DNA of 64,000 nucleotides. Source: Nitrospirota bacterium. Its GTDB lineage: Bacteria; Nitrospirota; UBA9217. The notes beneath the pieces are model-generated. The model was not told where the DNA came from. It made no database searches and saw only the letters and a program-made list of their open reading frames with translations. Position numbers and translations under genes: made by a program. Location: the NCBI GenBank assembly GCA_963740085.1, contig CAVUCU010000003.1, positions 32,001 to 96,000 of the forward strand. Reading direction: 5' to 3'. This document shows, piece after piece, positions 40,626-50,800 of this stretch (its first letter is position 1; each line of letters begins with the position of its first letter).

Positions 40626-43271
40626 CTAATCGCACCAGCACCACTGGATCATCTCGGCAACGAGCGCCGTCCAGCCCGTTTGATGGCTTGCGCCAAGGCC
40701 TTTGCAGGTATCGCCGTGGTAATACTCATAGAAGTTAATAAGATCCTTGAAATGAGGGTCCTGCTGGTAGGTGCGGTCTTCGCCATGAACCTGGCGCCTG
40801 CCTTTGCCATCTTTTGCAAAGATGGTTGTCATTCGCTGGGAAAGTTTTACGGCAACCTCCATGAGGTTCATGCTGTTCCCGGATCCGGTGGGATACTCTA
40901 CCTTGAGCGAGTCGCCGTAATAATGGTGATATTTCCTGAGCGCTTCGATAAAGAGATAATTAACAGGGATCCAGATCGGGCCGCGCCAGTTCGAGTTGCC
41001 GCCGAACAGGGGCGTTTTTGCCTCTGCCGGTTCGTAATCGACCCGGTACTCCATGCCGTCAAGCCGAAGGATATAGGGGTTGTCCTGATGATACTTGGAA
41101 ATGGACCTGATGCCGCCCGGGGAAAGAAATTCGTTCTCATCGAGCATCTTCTGAAGGATCCTGACCACCCGCTCTTTAGGCACGAGCGAGAGCAGGATGT
41201 CATGTCCCTCCCGGAGTTCCTCCATCGCCATGCATCGGCCCAGGTCCTTGCGATTATTTCTGAACCATACCATCCTCTTCTTGAAGCCCTTCATGCTTTC
41301 GAGAACGTCGCTTCTCACCACCGAAACGGCCAGCAGCGAGGTCAATCCCACCAGGGAGCGGACCTTGAGCGGGATCGAGCCTCCTTCGGGCATGTGCAGG
41401 ACATCGTAATAGAACCCGTCCGTTTCGTCCCACAGCCCCTGTTCTCCCAACTGGTTCAGCGATTCCGCGATATGGATAAAATGCTCGTAGAACTTGGATG
41501 CCACATCCTCATAGGAACTGTCTTCCCGCGCGATCTCCAGTGCCATGTCCATCAAACCGAGCGAGTACATGGCCATCCAGCTCGTACCGTCCGCCTGCTC
41601 CACGTGCCCGCCCCCGGGGAGCGGTCTGCTGCGGTCAAAGGCGCCGATATTATCGAGTCCCAGAAATCCCCCCTGAAAAATATTGTTGCCCTCCGAGTCC
41701 TTGCGGTTGACCCACCAGGTGAAATTGAGCAGAAGCTTGAGGAACATCCGCTTGAGAAAGTCCGTGTCGCCCTTTCCCGTTCGCTCCTTGTCGATCTGGT
41801 ACACCTTCAAGGCCGCCCAGGCATGCACGGGCGGGTTCACATCGCTCAGGTTCCACTCATAGGCCGGGAGTTGGCCGTTCGGGTGCATGTACCATTCCCT
41901 GGTGAAAAGGATGAGCTGTTTCTTCGCAAAATCAGGGTCGATCATGGCGAACGGGACGCAATGGAACGCAAGGTCCCAGCTCGCATACCAGGGATATTCC
42001 CATTTGTCCGGCATGGAGATCACATCTCGATTGAAGAGGTATTTCCACCCGGCGTTTCGACCTGTCTTTCTGCTCTCCGGAGGAGAAGGCTGGCCGGGGT
42101 CTCCGGAGAGCCAGGTCTCCAGTTCATAATTATAGTACTGTTTGTTCCAGAGAAGTCCTGCAAAGGCCTGGCGCTGCACCGAGATGACATCGCTTTTCGG
42201 ACTATCAGGAATGAACCGGGAGTAAAATTCATCCGCCTCAACAACGCGCTGTTTGAATACCTCTTCGAACTCCTGACCAAAAGGGTCCTGTTCGATCCTT
42301 TCTTTTCTGAGGCGCAGCCTGATGATCCGCGACTCCCCTCCTGCGATGGCGAGGCGATGCATGACAGCGCTTTTCGTGCCGTTCTTTCTGCTGCTGACCA
42401 GGGAAAGATCGTTGGCAATGACCGCGCCATGAAAGGCATCCTTGACAGAGGGTGACCCGTTGGGCTGGTTAAACAGCCGTTCCGTGTTCGTTTCATTTTC
42501 CGTGAACAGCACAAGGCCGCCTTTTTCACCATAGAAATAATACGGTCCCATATCTTCATGGTTGCATTCCAGCGAGTTCCATCGCTGCTCCGTATCGATC
42601 AGTCTGATATCAGGCCTTGTCTTGATCTTCCCGCGGATCCAGGTGTTTCTGAACCACAAGGTCGGCAAAACCGTGATGGCGGCCCGGTCCTTTCCACGAT
42701 TGAAAATGCTGATCTTGACCAGGATGTCATCGGGGGCCGACTTGGCATATTCGATAAAAACATCAAAATACCTGTCATCGGCAAAGACGCCGGTATCCAT
42801 AATTTCATATTCAGGGTCAAGCCGCGATCGCTTCCTGTTCTTATCCAGGAGTTCCTGATAGGGAAACTCCCCCTGGGGATACTTGTAGAGATACTTCATG
42901 TAGGAGTGGGTCGGCGTGTTGTCGAGGTAATAGTAGAGCTCTTTGACGTCTTCTCCATGGTTGCCTTCCCTGGTGGTCAATCCGAAGAGCCGTTCCTTGA
43001 GGATCGGGTCCCTCCCGTTCCAGAGGGCAAGAGAGAAACACAGGTCCTGGTTGATGTCCGAGATGCCTCCCAGACCGTCCTCGCCCCAGCGGTACACCCG
43101 GGAGCGCGCGTGGTCGTGAGGAAAATACTCCCAGGCCTCGCCGTCCGCGCTGTAGTCCTCGCGCACCGTACCCCATTGGCGCTCGCTCAGGTAGGGCCCC
43201 CATTTTTTCCAGAAGACCTTGTGCGACGCGTTATCCGCCAATCGTCTGTCTTCAGCGGTGGTTCGGTTCAT
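40626..43271 (-). CDS. GH63 / MGH1-like glycoside hydrolase
   Basis: WGPYLSERQWGTVREDYS, SMPDKWEYPW, GQLPAYEW, NSNWRGPIW, GLGASHQTGWT. Confidence 0.9.
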   Translation of the reverse strand: MNRTTAEDRRLADNASHKVFWKKWGPYLSERQWGTVREDYSADGEAWEYFPHDHARSRVYRWGEDGLGGISDINQDLCFSLALWNGRDPILKERLFGLTTREGNHGEDVKELYYYLDNTPTHSYMKYLYKYPQGEFPYQELLDKNRKRSRLDPEYEIMDTGVFADDRYFDVFIEYAKSAPDDILVKISIFNRGKDRAAITVLPTLWFRNTWIRGKIKTRPDIRLIDTEQRWNSLECNHEDMGPYYFYGEKGGLVLFTENETNTERLFNQPNGSPSVKDAFHGAVIANDLSLVSSRKNGTKSAVMHRLAIAGGESRIIRLRLRKERIEQDPFGQEFEEVFKQRVVEADEFYSRFIPDSPKSDVISVQRQAFAGLLWNKQYYNYELETWLSGDPGQPSPPESRKTGRNAGWKYLFNRDVISMPDKWEYPWYASWDLAFHCVPFAMIDPDFAKKQLILFTREWYMHPNGQLPAYEWNLSDVNPPVHAWAALKVYQIDKERTGKGDTDFLKRMFLKLLLNFTWWVNRKDSEGNNIFQGGFLGLDNIGAFDRSRPLPGGGHVEQADGTSWMAMYSLGLMDMALEIAREDSSYEDVASKFYEHFIHIAESLNQLGEQGLWDETDGFYYDVLHMPEGGSIPLKVRSLVGLTSLLAVSVVRSDVLESMKGFKKRMVWFRNNRKDLGRCMAMEELREGHDILLSLVPKERVVRILQKMLDENEFLSPGGIRSISKYHQDNPYILRLDGMEYRVDYEPAEAKTPLFGGNSNWRGPIWIPVNYLFIEALRKYHHYYGDSLKVEYPTGSGNSMNLMEVAVKLSQRMTTIFAKDGKGRRQVHGEDRTYQQDPHFKDLINFYEYYHGDTCKGLGASHQTGWTALVAEMIQWCWCD

Positions 43272-43341
43272 TTTTTAAAGTCCTTTTTTTCTTTTCATCG
43301 GTCCGATATGACCTATCTGACCGATCAGCCCGATCATCAGC

Positions 43342-44868
43342 CTACGACCGCTGCCACTTCATCCACGCCGTGAACAGCTTCTTGACGAACGGCGTCAACC
43401 TCGTCCGGTTGTACATGTCAGCCAGCCGCTTGATCGCCTCGGCCTGGGTCGGATAGGGATGGATGGTCTTGCCGATGGCCGATAAACCGAGCCCCGCGGT
43501 GAGGGCGAGCGATAGTTCGTTGATCATTTCTCCGGCATGGCGGGCGACGACGGTCGCACCGAGTATGATATCGCTGCCCTTTTTCAGATGCACCCGGGCA
43601 AAGCCCCCGGTTTCGCCGTCCAGCAGCGCGCGGTCGATATCGCTGAGCAGAACCGTCAGGGTCGTCACCTCGAGCCCCTTGTCGCGGGCATCTTTTTCGT
43701 ACATTCCCACATGGGCCACCTCAGGGTCCGTGTAGGTGCACCAGGGGACCACCAGGGAGGAGGTCTTCTGCCTGCCCTTGAACAACGCGTTCGCGATCAC
43801 GATGCGTGCCAGCGCATCGGCAGTGTGCGTGAACTTGTAGGGAAAGCATATGTCCCCGGCCGCGTACACCCGCGGATTTGACGTCTGGAGCATCTCGTTC
43901 ACCTGTACGCCCATCCGCGGGTCGTACACGATGCCCGCTTCTTCAAGACCCAGCCCGTTCACGTTCGGGGCCCTGCCTACGCCGACCAATATCTCGTCTC
44001 CAACCAGTTCCAGGGATTTCCCCTCCTGCTCAAGGGTGATGACCTTGTCAGCACCCCGCCGCTCCGTCTTCAGGATCTTCGTGTTGAGGGCGAGCGTTAC
44101 GCCGTCACGCAGCATGGACTTCTGCACGACCTCGGCGGCATCCGCATCCTCCCGAATCAGCAGGTGGCCGGACGGCTCGATGATCGTCACCCTGCTTCCC
44201 ATGCGGGCAAAGGCCTGGGACAATTCACAGCCGATGGGACCGCCGCCGATCACCAGGAGTCTTTTCGGAAGTTCGGTCAGCCAGAAGACATTCTCATTGG
44301 TAAGGTATCCCGTCTCCTCTATCCCGGGAATTCGCGGGGCTGCCGCCCGCGCGCCGGTGCAGATAGCGGCCTTTTTGAAGTGAAGGCGCAGGCCGTCCAC
44401 CTCGATGCTGTCAGGCCCGGCGAATATCCCCCTTCCGAGAAATACATCTACACCAAGCTCTTTGCTGAACCGATCGAAAGAATCATGATGGCTGATTCCG
44501 GCCCTGATGCGGCGCATCCGCTCCATGGCTTTGCTGAAGTCCATTGTCGCGTTCGCGCCTCCGGTTATCCCATACTCTCCGGCAGTTTTAACTTCATACG
44601 CCGCCCGGCTGGCCCTGATGATCCCCTTGGAAGGGACACAACCCACATTAAGGCAATCACCACCCATCAGATGATGCTCGATGAGCGCGACCTTTGCCCC
44701 CAGACCTGCCGCCCCGGCGGCAGTGACCAGCCCCGCAGTGCCCGCCCCGATCACCACAAGGTTATAGCTCGGAGCAGGCACGGGGTTTTTCCACATCGCG
44801 GGATGGACGTTGTTGATAAGGGCCTTGTTGTTCTCGTCCAGGGGAAGGACCAGGGGCATTTCACCCAT
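43342..44868 (-). CDS. pyridine nucleotide-disulfide oxidoreductase (mercuric reductase-like, no C-terminal CC)
   Basis: IGAGTAG, GGDCLNVGCVPSK, IGGGPIGCE, YAAGD, IHPYPT.AE. Confidence 0.88.
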   Translation of the reverse strand: MGEMPLVLPLDENNKALINNVHPAMWKNPVPAPSYNLVVIGAGTAGLVTAAGAAGLGAKVALIEHHLMGGDCLNVGCVPSKGIIRASRAAYEVKTAGEYGITGGANATMDFSKAMERMRRIRAGISHHDSFDRFSKELGVDVFLGRGIFAGPDSIEVDGLRLHFKKAAICTGARAAAPRIPGIEETGYLTNENVFWLTELPKRLLVIGGGPIGCELSQAFARMGSRVTIIEPSGHLLIREDADAAEVVQKSMLRDGVTLALNTKILKTERRGADKVITLEQEGKSLELVGDEILVGVGRAPNVNGLGLEEAGIVYDPRMGVQVNEMLQTSNPRVYAAGDICFPYKFTHTADALARIVIANALFKGRQKTSSLVVPWCTYTDPEVAHVGMYEKDARDKGLEVTTLTVLLSDIDRALLDGETGGFARVHLKKGSDIILGATVVARHAGEMINELSLALTAGLGLSAIGKTIHPYPTQAEAIKRLADMYNRTRLTPFVKKLFTAWMKWQRS

Positions 44869-44962
44869 GGAATGGCCTCTCTTTCATCTTCAGACATTTA
44901 TACATGACATTTCGACAGAGGGATACTTAGTATAAGAATAGCATATTTATGAGGGTCAAAGC

Positions 44963-45996
44963 TCAATAGGTCCAGGAAACGTTGATCGCTCCATAGATCT
45001 GCTCATGCTGCTGTGTCTTGAACTGCCTTGTTCGTATTACATAAAAGTAGCTCGCTTTAATTCTGCCATAGTCCAGCGCAAGCCCTGCCATGAGATTCGC
45101 CACGTAACGACTTCTTTTCAACACTCTGGCTGTCCCTGAACGTATTTCCATCAAGGAAGACATCCCGCGATAACAAGCCGTCCGTCGACGCCTGTGAAAA
45201 GGTGAACGCCCCGGATGACCATCATTCATCTGTGCAATATCCGCAGTATTGGTCTCGCATCCCGGCCGGATCGGACAGGTTCCGAAATCAGCCGGCAATT
45301 CCATCCAATGCGGGCTTCCGCGCCGGTATTGATATAGATCTCCGCATTTCCGAAACTGCCACCCAGGTGCGGTATCACGTCGTAGTTAAAGCCCCGGCCG
45401 GTCTCTCTACGAATAACCCGCCACTGAGATTCGATTGTGGCGTTAATAACCAGCTCATTATGGAGCTGATGAGACCAGCCCTCTGCCAGTGGAGTATCGA
45501 TAGCGCGATGAACGAAATTCTGCGTCTTGTCCGCGAAGGAAAGCGGCCCGATCATCCCCGCAAGCAATTCCCAACTCGTACGCTGATCATCCTTCCTGCT
45601 GTGGAATCCGGCGGAAAAATACGTGATCCCGGCATAAGGCCGGTCATCCGGAATTGCATCGGATCGGTGGATATTCGCCGGGGTGTATATGTCCTGACCA
45701 AGCGATAAGGAAACGGCCCGCTGCGACTCGGGACCATGCACGAACGGGAGGTGATTGAAGAAGGCATCGCTCCAATCCGGTAAATGAGCTGATTTCCCGT
45801 CGTTTTTGTATGGCGTACTCAGGGTGAATCTGACCCCGTTGGTATAATCGCGGTCGGTGCCGGAGAAAAAATCGTTTTCCCAGTATACGGTAAAGGTGTC
45901 GAAGAACTTTTCCGGTTCTGCATCGGCCGGTGTGGCGGGAAAGAGAAAGGCAAGACCCACTAAGAGGATGATGGATAATCGGACAACAGGGATCAT
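44963..45996 (-). pseudogene. lipid A deacylase LpxR (DUF2219) family gene with several frameshifts
   Basis: WEND...DRDYTNG, GQDIYTP, DRPYAG, GW.HQL.NE; C-terminal motifs LPADFG, VHLFTGVDGR, FLDGNTFRDS and VANLMAG fall in successive different frames. Confidence 0.8.
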
Positions 45997-46048
45997 AGTA
46001 TCTCGGTGTGCATCTCGTCCACCCCGGCGATATAGAGCGTATGACCGT

Positions 46049-47056
46049 TCACTTTTCTTTCTCGAACAGACGTGCCGCATGTGCGGCGGCTCCCAGGAGC
46101 GCTGCCCGGTCGTTCATGATGACCTTAACGGGAATACGCTGAACAATGGGGGTCAGCCGCCCCTTGTCCCTGAAGGCCTTGATGAACGCACCTTCCTTCA
46201 ACTTCCAGATGATCTTCGGGGCGATTCCACCCCCGATGAAGATCCCCTCCGAGGCCATCACCTGGAGCGCAAGGTTGCCGGCCGCAGCGCCGTAAATGGA
46301 TACAAAGAGATCAAGCGTCGCGCCACAAAGCCTGCTTTTCTTCAGCCGGGCCGATTCGGTTATCACCGCGGCAGGATCCTCCTTATTAATCCGCATGCCG
46401 AGCCAGCCGGGTTCCCCGCCGAATTTTCCCGTGTCTCTCAGGAACTGATAGATATTTAAGAGCCCCGCCCCTGACAGCACCCGCTCATAGCTCACATGGC
46501 CGAATCGTTCGAACAGGTACCGGAGGAGGCCGAGTTCAAGGCGGTTCTTGGGGCCGAACTCCACATGTCCGCCTTCTGACGGTGATGGGATATGATGCCT
46601 GCCATCCCAGAACATGATGGCAGCACCGAGTCCTGTCCCGGCGGACAAGAGCGCTTTATTGCCGATGATCTTCCTCCCCCTGTTCAGGGTCGTGAAATCC
46701 CTGCTTTCCATGACATCAATGCCATACGCGTTTGCCACCAGGTCGTTGATGAGGAATACGTTTCCGATCGAAAGTTTGTGCCGGAGGGATTTAACCGAGA
46801 CATGCCAGGGAAGGTTGGTTGCTATCGCCGTGCCCGAAACAATCGGTCCGGCCACGCCGAAGCAGGCCGCGGAAATTGTTTCATCTTCGTGCAGAAATTC
46901 ATCGACAGCGCTTTCAAGACCTTGAATGGCCTTGCTGGATACGACGAGGGAGCGTTTGAGAAGAACACGGTTCGAGGACGCGTGGAACAAGCCGAGTCTC
47001 GTTTTTGTTCCGCCCACGTCTCCGGCAAGTATCATGGGCGATCGCGAAGTCTTCAT
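46049..47056 (-). CDS. glk: glucokinase
   Basis: LAGDVGGTKT, GVAGP, TNLPW, LIND, GTGLG, SEGGH, ER.LSG.G, GGGIAPKI. Confidence 0.94.
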   Translation of the reverse strand: MKTSRSPMILAGDVGGTKTRLGLFHASSNRVLLKRSLVVSSKAIQGLESAVDEFLHEDETISAACFGVAGPIVSGTAIATNLPWHVSVKSLRHKLSIGNVFLINDLVANAYGIDVMESRDFTTLNRGRKIIGNKALLSAGTGLGAAIMFWDGRHHIPSPSEGGHVEFGPKNRLELGLLRYLFERFGHVSYERVLSGAGLLNIYQFLRDTGKFGGEPGWLGMRINKEDPAAVITESARLKKSRLCGATLDLFVSIYGAAAGNLALQVMASEGIFIGGGIAPKIIWKLKEGAFIKAFRDKGRLTPIVQRIPVKVIMNDRAALLGAAAHAARLFEKEK

Positions 47057-47147
47057 GGCCTTGCCTCGTGGACGGATAAGTCCCGCTGATGGTTCTTTAT
47101 GCTTTAATCGGGCTGAACAGCAGTTTGTCCCGTATCCGTTCTTTTTT

Positions 47148-47167
47148 TAGCAGGCGACCGCCTGCTA
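47148..47167 (-). promoter_or_regulatory. SECIS element
   Basis: Minus-strand hairpin TAGCAGGC-GGTC-GCCTGCTA starting 15 nt after the in-frame UGA; no U-tract follows. Confidence 0.7.
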
Positions 47168-48124
47168 CGCAACGGCGCCCACTCACGTGGACCCCTGCCC
47201 CGCAGTGCATCCATAACAGTGGTTGTCTACCGCAATTATCCGGTTCGACAGCGCGGCATAATCAAAGCTCGAGATATGCTGCGGCGTTTCCGATCCGGTT
47301 GTGAGACCGAGCACCTGATTAAAGTCACAGTCGTAAAGTCTGCCGTCCCATCCCACACTCACCAGCGAACGGCACATGATATTTTCGAGCGTGGCGGGAT
47401 TGAATGCTGCAGCCAGCATTTCCTGATAGCCCTGAAGATCGCCGTTTCTGACGAGTGAATCTCGAAACCTTCCTATCGGCATATTGGTAAAGGCGAACAA
47501 GCGGTCAAACCTCACCTTATAGCGGTTCTTCAACTCCCGTTTATAATCCGCTTCGAGAGCACACTGTGCCGGGGACAGAAACGCCCCGCGGGGATTGTAG
47601 ACCAGGGTGAGCGACCGACCAGACCCGTTTCCGAAGCCCGCGCGATTGAGCACGCGAAGGGCGCTGATACTCCTGCCAAAAGCACCGCTGCCCCTCACCG
47701 CGTCCACGTTCTCTTCGAGGTAGCAGGGGAGCGAAGCGATAAGATCCACGGCATTGCTGCGGTAAAATTCCGGAAGGTCTTCATTCCCCTTGTCCAGCAA
47801 CAGCGACAGATTGGTGCGAACAATGATCCTTTTACCAGTTCTCGCGGCGTGGGTGACCAGCATCCGGAAATGAGGGTTCAGCTCCGGGGCGCCTCCGGTG
47901 ATGTCCAGGGTATCGATGGCATTGTCCTTAAAGACGCGAAGCACTTCTCCGACGATCTCCCGTGTCATTGATTCCGTGCGCGAAGGACTTGCCGATACAT
48001 GGCAATGAGTGCACGCCATATTACACCGGTATCCGAGATTCACCTGGAGCACCCTGACCCCTTTTGCGGTTAACGGTTCTTTGGTAACAGACCGGACCTT
48101 GTCAATAAATTTCGTGCTGTCCAT
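47165..48124 (-). CDS. arsS: ArsS-family radical SAM selenoprotein
   Basis: LQVNLG.RCNMACTHCHV, DITGGAPELNP, YDCDFNQ, HCYGCTAGQGST-UGA-VGAVA-UAG; UGA aligns with the Cys of the family GSSCGG tail. Confidence 0.85.
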
Positions 48125-48221
48125 TCAAACTACCCCATCCTTTTATACATCCTGAGATGATGAAATTATAGCACTTTTCCTCTGTTCTGACAGCACTGGT
48201 GCAACGAACACAGCTGTCAAG

Positions 48222-48977
48222 CTAGACAATGATCTTCTTCTTCATGAGCTTAAAAGGGAACGGCGCAAGAAGCGCAACAACAACGACAAGCCATACCATG
48301 CTCCCGATCACCGTATTCACGCTGCCCGCTGAAAAGGCGCGGCAGATATTGACAAGGTGATAAAGCGGAGAAAAAAAAGCGAGACGGGCAACCGCGTTCG
48401 GCATGACATCCAGCGGGAAGAAGATGCCGGAAAAAAGGAACAGCGGGGTCATGAAGAGCGTGTAGAAATAACTGAACGAATCGATACCCGGTACGACAGC
48501 GCAGAACATGACCGAAAGCTCGGCAAAGATGAGGCCGCCCAGGAAGATAAAGGGAGTCGCGAGCAGGATAAGAGGCGACTCCACGAGGCCGAACAGGGCG
48601 ATCACGATCATTATGGTGATCCCGAAGATCACGCTCTTGGTAGCGCCCCAGGCGAGTTCCCCTGCGACAAGATCGTCGAGGTTCACCGGCGTCGCGAGGA
48701 TGGCGTCAAAGGTCTTCTGGAACGTCATCCTGATATAGGTGCCGTAGGTGCACTCGTAGACCGCGGCAAACACCGACGAGGACGCCACAATGCCCGGCGC
48801 AATGAACTTGATATACGGCTGTCCATGGATGTCCTGCACGAACGCCCCGAGACCGAACCCCATTGCCACCAGGTACAGGGCCGGTTCGAAGAAGTTGAGC
48901 GCGAAGCTCGTCTTGTACAGCTTGGTATAGACCAGCCAATGCCGCTGCCAGACACTGAATGCGCGCTTAATCCGCAA
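48222..48977 (-). CDS. ABC-2 type exporter permease (NodJ-like)
   Basis: EP.LYL..G.GLG, FIAPG, P.FLFSGIFFP. Confidence 0.88.
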   Translation of the reverse strand: MRIKRAFSVWQRHWLVYTKLYKTSFALNFFEPALYLVAMGFGLGAFVQDIHGQPYIKFIAPGIVASSSVFAAVYECTYGTYIRMTFQKTFDAILATPVNLDDLVAGELAWGATKSVIFGITIMIVIALFGLVESPLILLATPFIFLGGLIFAELSVMFCAVVPGIDSFSYFYTLFMTPLFLFSGIFFPLDVMPNAVARLAFFSPLYHLVNICRAFSAGSVNTVIGSMVWLVVVVALLAPFPFKLMKKKIIV

Positions 48978-49698
48978 GGCTCCTCCCCGTCAGCTTGAGA
49001 TACACGCCTTCAAGGTTGCCGCCGTGCAGCGCCATCAAGTTCGCCGGAGAGTCGATCGTCACGATCTTTCCCGAGTCCATGATCGCCACGCGATCGCAGA
49101 GCTTCTCTGCTTCCTCCATGTAATGGGTCGTGAGCAGCAGCGTGGTATTCCTGAATTTCAGCTGGTTCAGCTTGTCCCAGACCGCCCGGCGGCTGTGCGG
49201 GTCAAGACCTGTCGTGGGCTCATCGAGGATCAGGATCTCCGGGCTGTTCACAAGCGCCCGCGCGAGCAGGAGCCGGTGCTTCATGCCGCCGGAAAGCTGG
49301 TCGATCTTTGCATCCGCCTTGTCCCGAAGCTCCGCGAATTCGAGCAAATCGCGGACGAGACGCAGGATGTCCTTCTTTCTGATATCGAAGTACCTCGCAT
49401 ACACAACGAGATTCTCTGTCACGGAAAGGTCAGGGTCCAGGTTCTCTTCCTGCGGCATGATCCCGAGACGGGCTTTGATGCTGCTTGGCCCGCTGGTAAC
49501 GTCCTCGCCGAAGACCGTCACCGTGCCTGATGTCGGCGGCATGAAACAGGAGATGATGCGCATGACCGTGGTCTTCCCTGCGCCGTTCGGGCCGAGGAAG
49601 CCAAAACACTCGCCTTGTTGAATGGTGAAGTCAATGCTGTTGACGGCCCGGAGGCCGTTGTAGTCTTTTATGAGATTTTGCGCGAGAATGACGTCCAT
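48967..49698 (-). CDS. ABC exporter ATP-binding protein (NodI-like)
   Basis: GPNGAGKTT, LSGGMK.RL, LDEPTTGLDP, TTHYMEEAE. Confidence 0.92.
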   Translation of the reverse strand: MDVILAQNLIKDYNGLRAVNSIDFTIQQGECFGFLGPNGAGKTTVMRIISCFMPPTSGTVTVFGEDVTSGPSSIKARLGIMPQEENLDPDLSVTENLVVYARYFDIRKKDILRLVRDLLEFAELRDKADAKIDQLSGGMKHRLLLARALVNSPEILILDEPTTGLDPHSRRAVWDKLNQLKFRNTTLLLTTHYMEEAEKLCDRVAIMDSGKIVTIDSPANLMALHGGNLEGVYLKLTGRSLAD

Positions 49699-49903
49699 GT
49701 GAAATACGAGAATCCCTTTGAAATGCTTATAACCAATTGACAGGCATTTTATAATGATGCTGAGATGGTACTTCGAGATTTGCGGGACTAAAAGACCGTC
49801 ATTCTAGACCCGGCCCGGGAAGCTCCTCATGCGCAGGGGTGAAGCGTGATTTATTGCCACTCTCAAAACGTTTTTCATACCCTGTAACAGTATTTCCGTT
49901 CTC

Positions 49904-50584
49904 TTACACACGGTCTATTAATCTTATCAACAACGACCTGCCCTGATCCGTCACATCTGCGAACTCCACCCCGATGTCGTAATTCGACGGCATCTTATCC
50001 TGCTGCAAGCGACACGAAACAACTTTCCCGACAAAGCAAACAGGATTACAAGCGTTGATTGACAACTCGAGGAGAACGATGCTGTCCATCTTCAATTGAT
50101 GAGCAGTTTGAATAATCACGCCGCTTTGGCTGATTTCTTTTACGCCGAACTCCTCCGGCAAATTCAGGACTTTTTCGTTGGATGTGGTGATGCAAAACCG
50201 GAGATCGCGATAGAACCAGTCAGCCGGCTCCGGCACTTGCGTTTTCCTGTTATCGTCAATTGAATCAAGGAAATCCTTAACCTTGTCCGCTGATTCATCT
50301 TTAAAAAATATTCCTACCGAGTAAACAGTGATTGTTTCCCCATCGGCTTTTTCTTCTATTCCGCTTAGTTCGGAACGAACCACGACACCCTTGACTTTGA
50401 TCTGTTTCCCCTCATGCTCCAACGTCAGCAGACACTCTTTCCCGATATTAAGCTTCTTGTCCGCTTTTAACGCAACTCCGCCCACGCTTATGTCAATAAT
50501 CTTTACTTTACCAACCGGGCTCATCTTGCTGCTCAGGTCGATCAAGTCCAATTTGAATCTCTTGTGTTTCCTCATATTCCGCAT
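49904..50584 (-). CDS. tandem PilZ domain protein
   Basis: RKHKRF (RxxxR) and DISVGG; second domain with EISQSG and IGVEF. Confidence 0.82.
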   Translation of the reverse strand: MRNMRKHKRFKLDLIDLSSKMSPVGKVKIIDISVGGVALKADKKLNIGKECLLTLEHEGKQIKVKGVVVRSELSGIEEKADGETITVYSVGIFFKDESADKVKDFLDSIDDNRKTQVPEPADWFYRDLRFCITTSNEKVLNLPEEFGVKEISQSGVIIQTAHQLKMDSIVLLELSINACNPVCFVGKVVSCRLQQDKMPSNYDIGVEFADVTDQGRSLLIRLIDRV

Positions 50585-50654
50585 TAGTAACTCCAGCTGC
50601 CTTCTTCCCTGATTTGGTATTGATGACGAGAATGCTAACCCCTTGTTTATCGGA

Positions 50655-50777
50655 TCAATAAATTTTATCTTTTCGGCGATCTTTGCCCGATCTTCTCTCT
50701 ACGCCGCTTCTCCGCTCAGGACCCTTGTAGTTCGGGTCGTTCAGCTTTCTTCGATCTTCACCTGATCTTCGACTCAT
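50655..50777 (-). CDS. 40-aa Arg-rich repeat microprotein (MSRRSGEDRRKLNDPNYKGPERRSGVERRSGKDRRKDKIY)
   Basis: ATG with GGGGTG SD, TGA stop, repeated RRSGx(D/E)RR; absent from ORF track because under 60 aa. Confidence 0.75.
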   Translation of the reverse strand: MSRRSGEDRRKLNDPNYKGPERRSGVERRSGKDRRKDKIY

Positions 50778-50800
50778 ATCCACCCCGGTTTTGATCAGTA

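Noticed and set aside
40680-42455. 591-aa plus-strand ORF and similar long antisense ORFs (e.g. 57492-58844, 34993-35976)
   Set aside because: Shadow frames opposite well-supported genes in GC-rich DNA; no recognisable motifs
43342-44868. True mercuric reductase merA
   Set aside because: No N-terminal metal-binding domain, no C-terminal Cys-Cys pair, no mer operon genes nearby
47148-47167. Intrinsic terminator after arsS
   Set aside because: Hairpin is followed by an A-run on the coding strand and the T-run precedes it on the other strand; SECIS fits better
48222-49698. Nod-factor export system
   Set aside because: NodIJ-like ABC-2 exporters are widespread and no nodABC genes are present; substrate unknown
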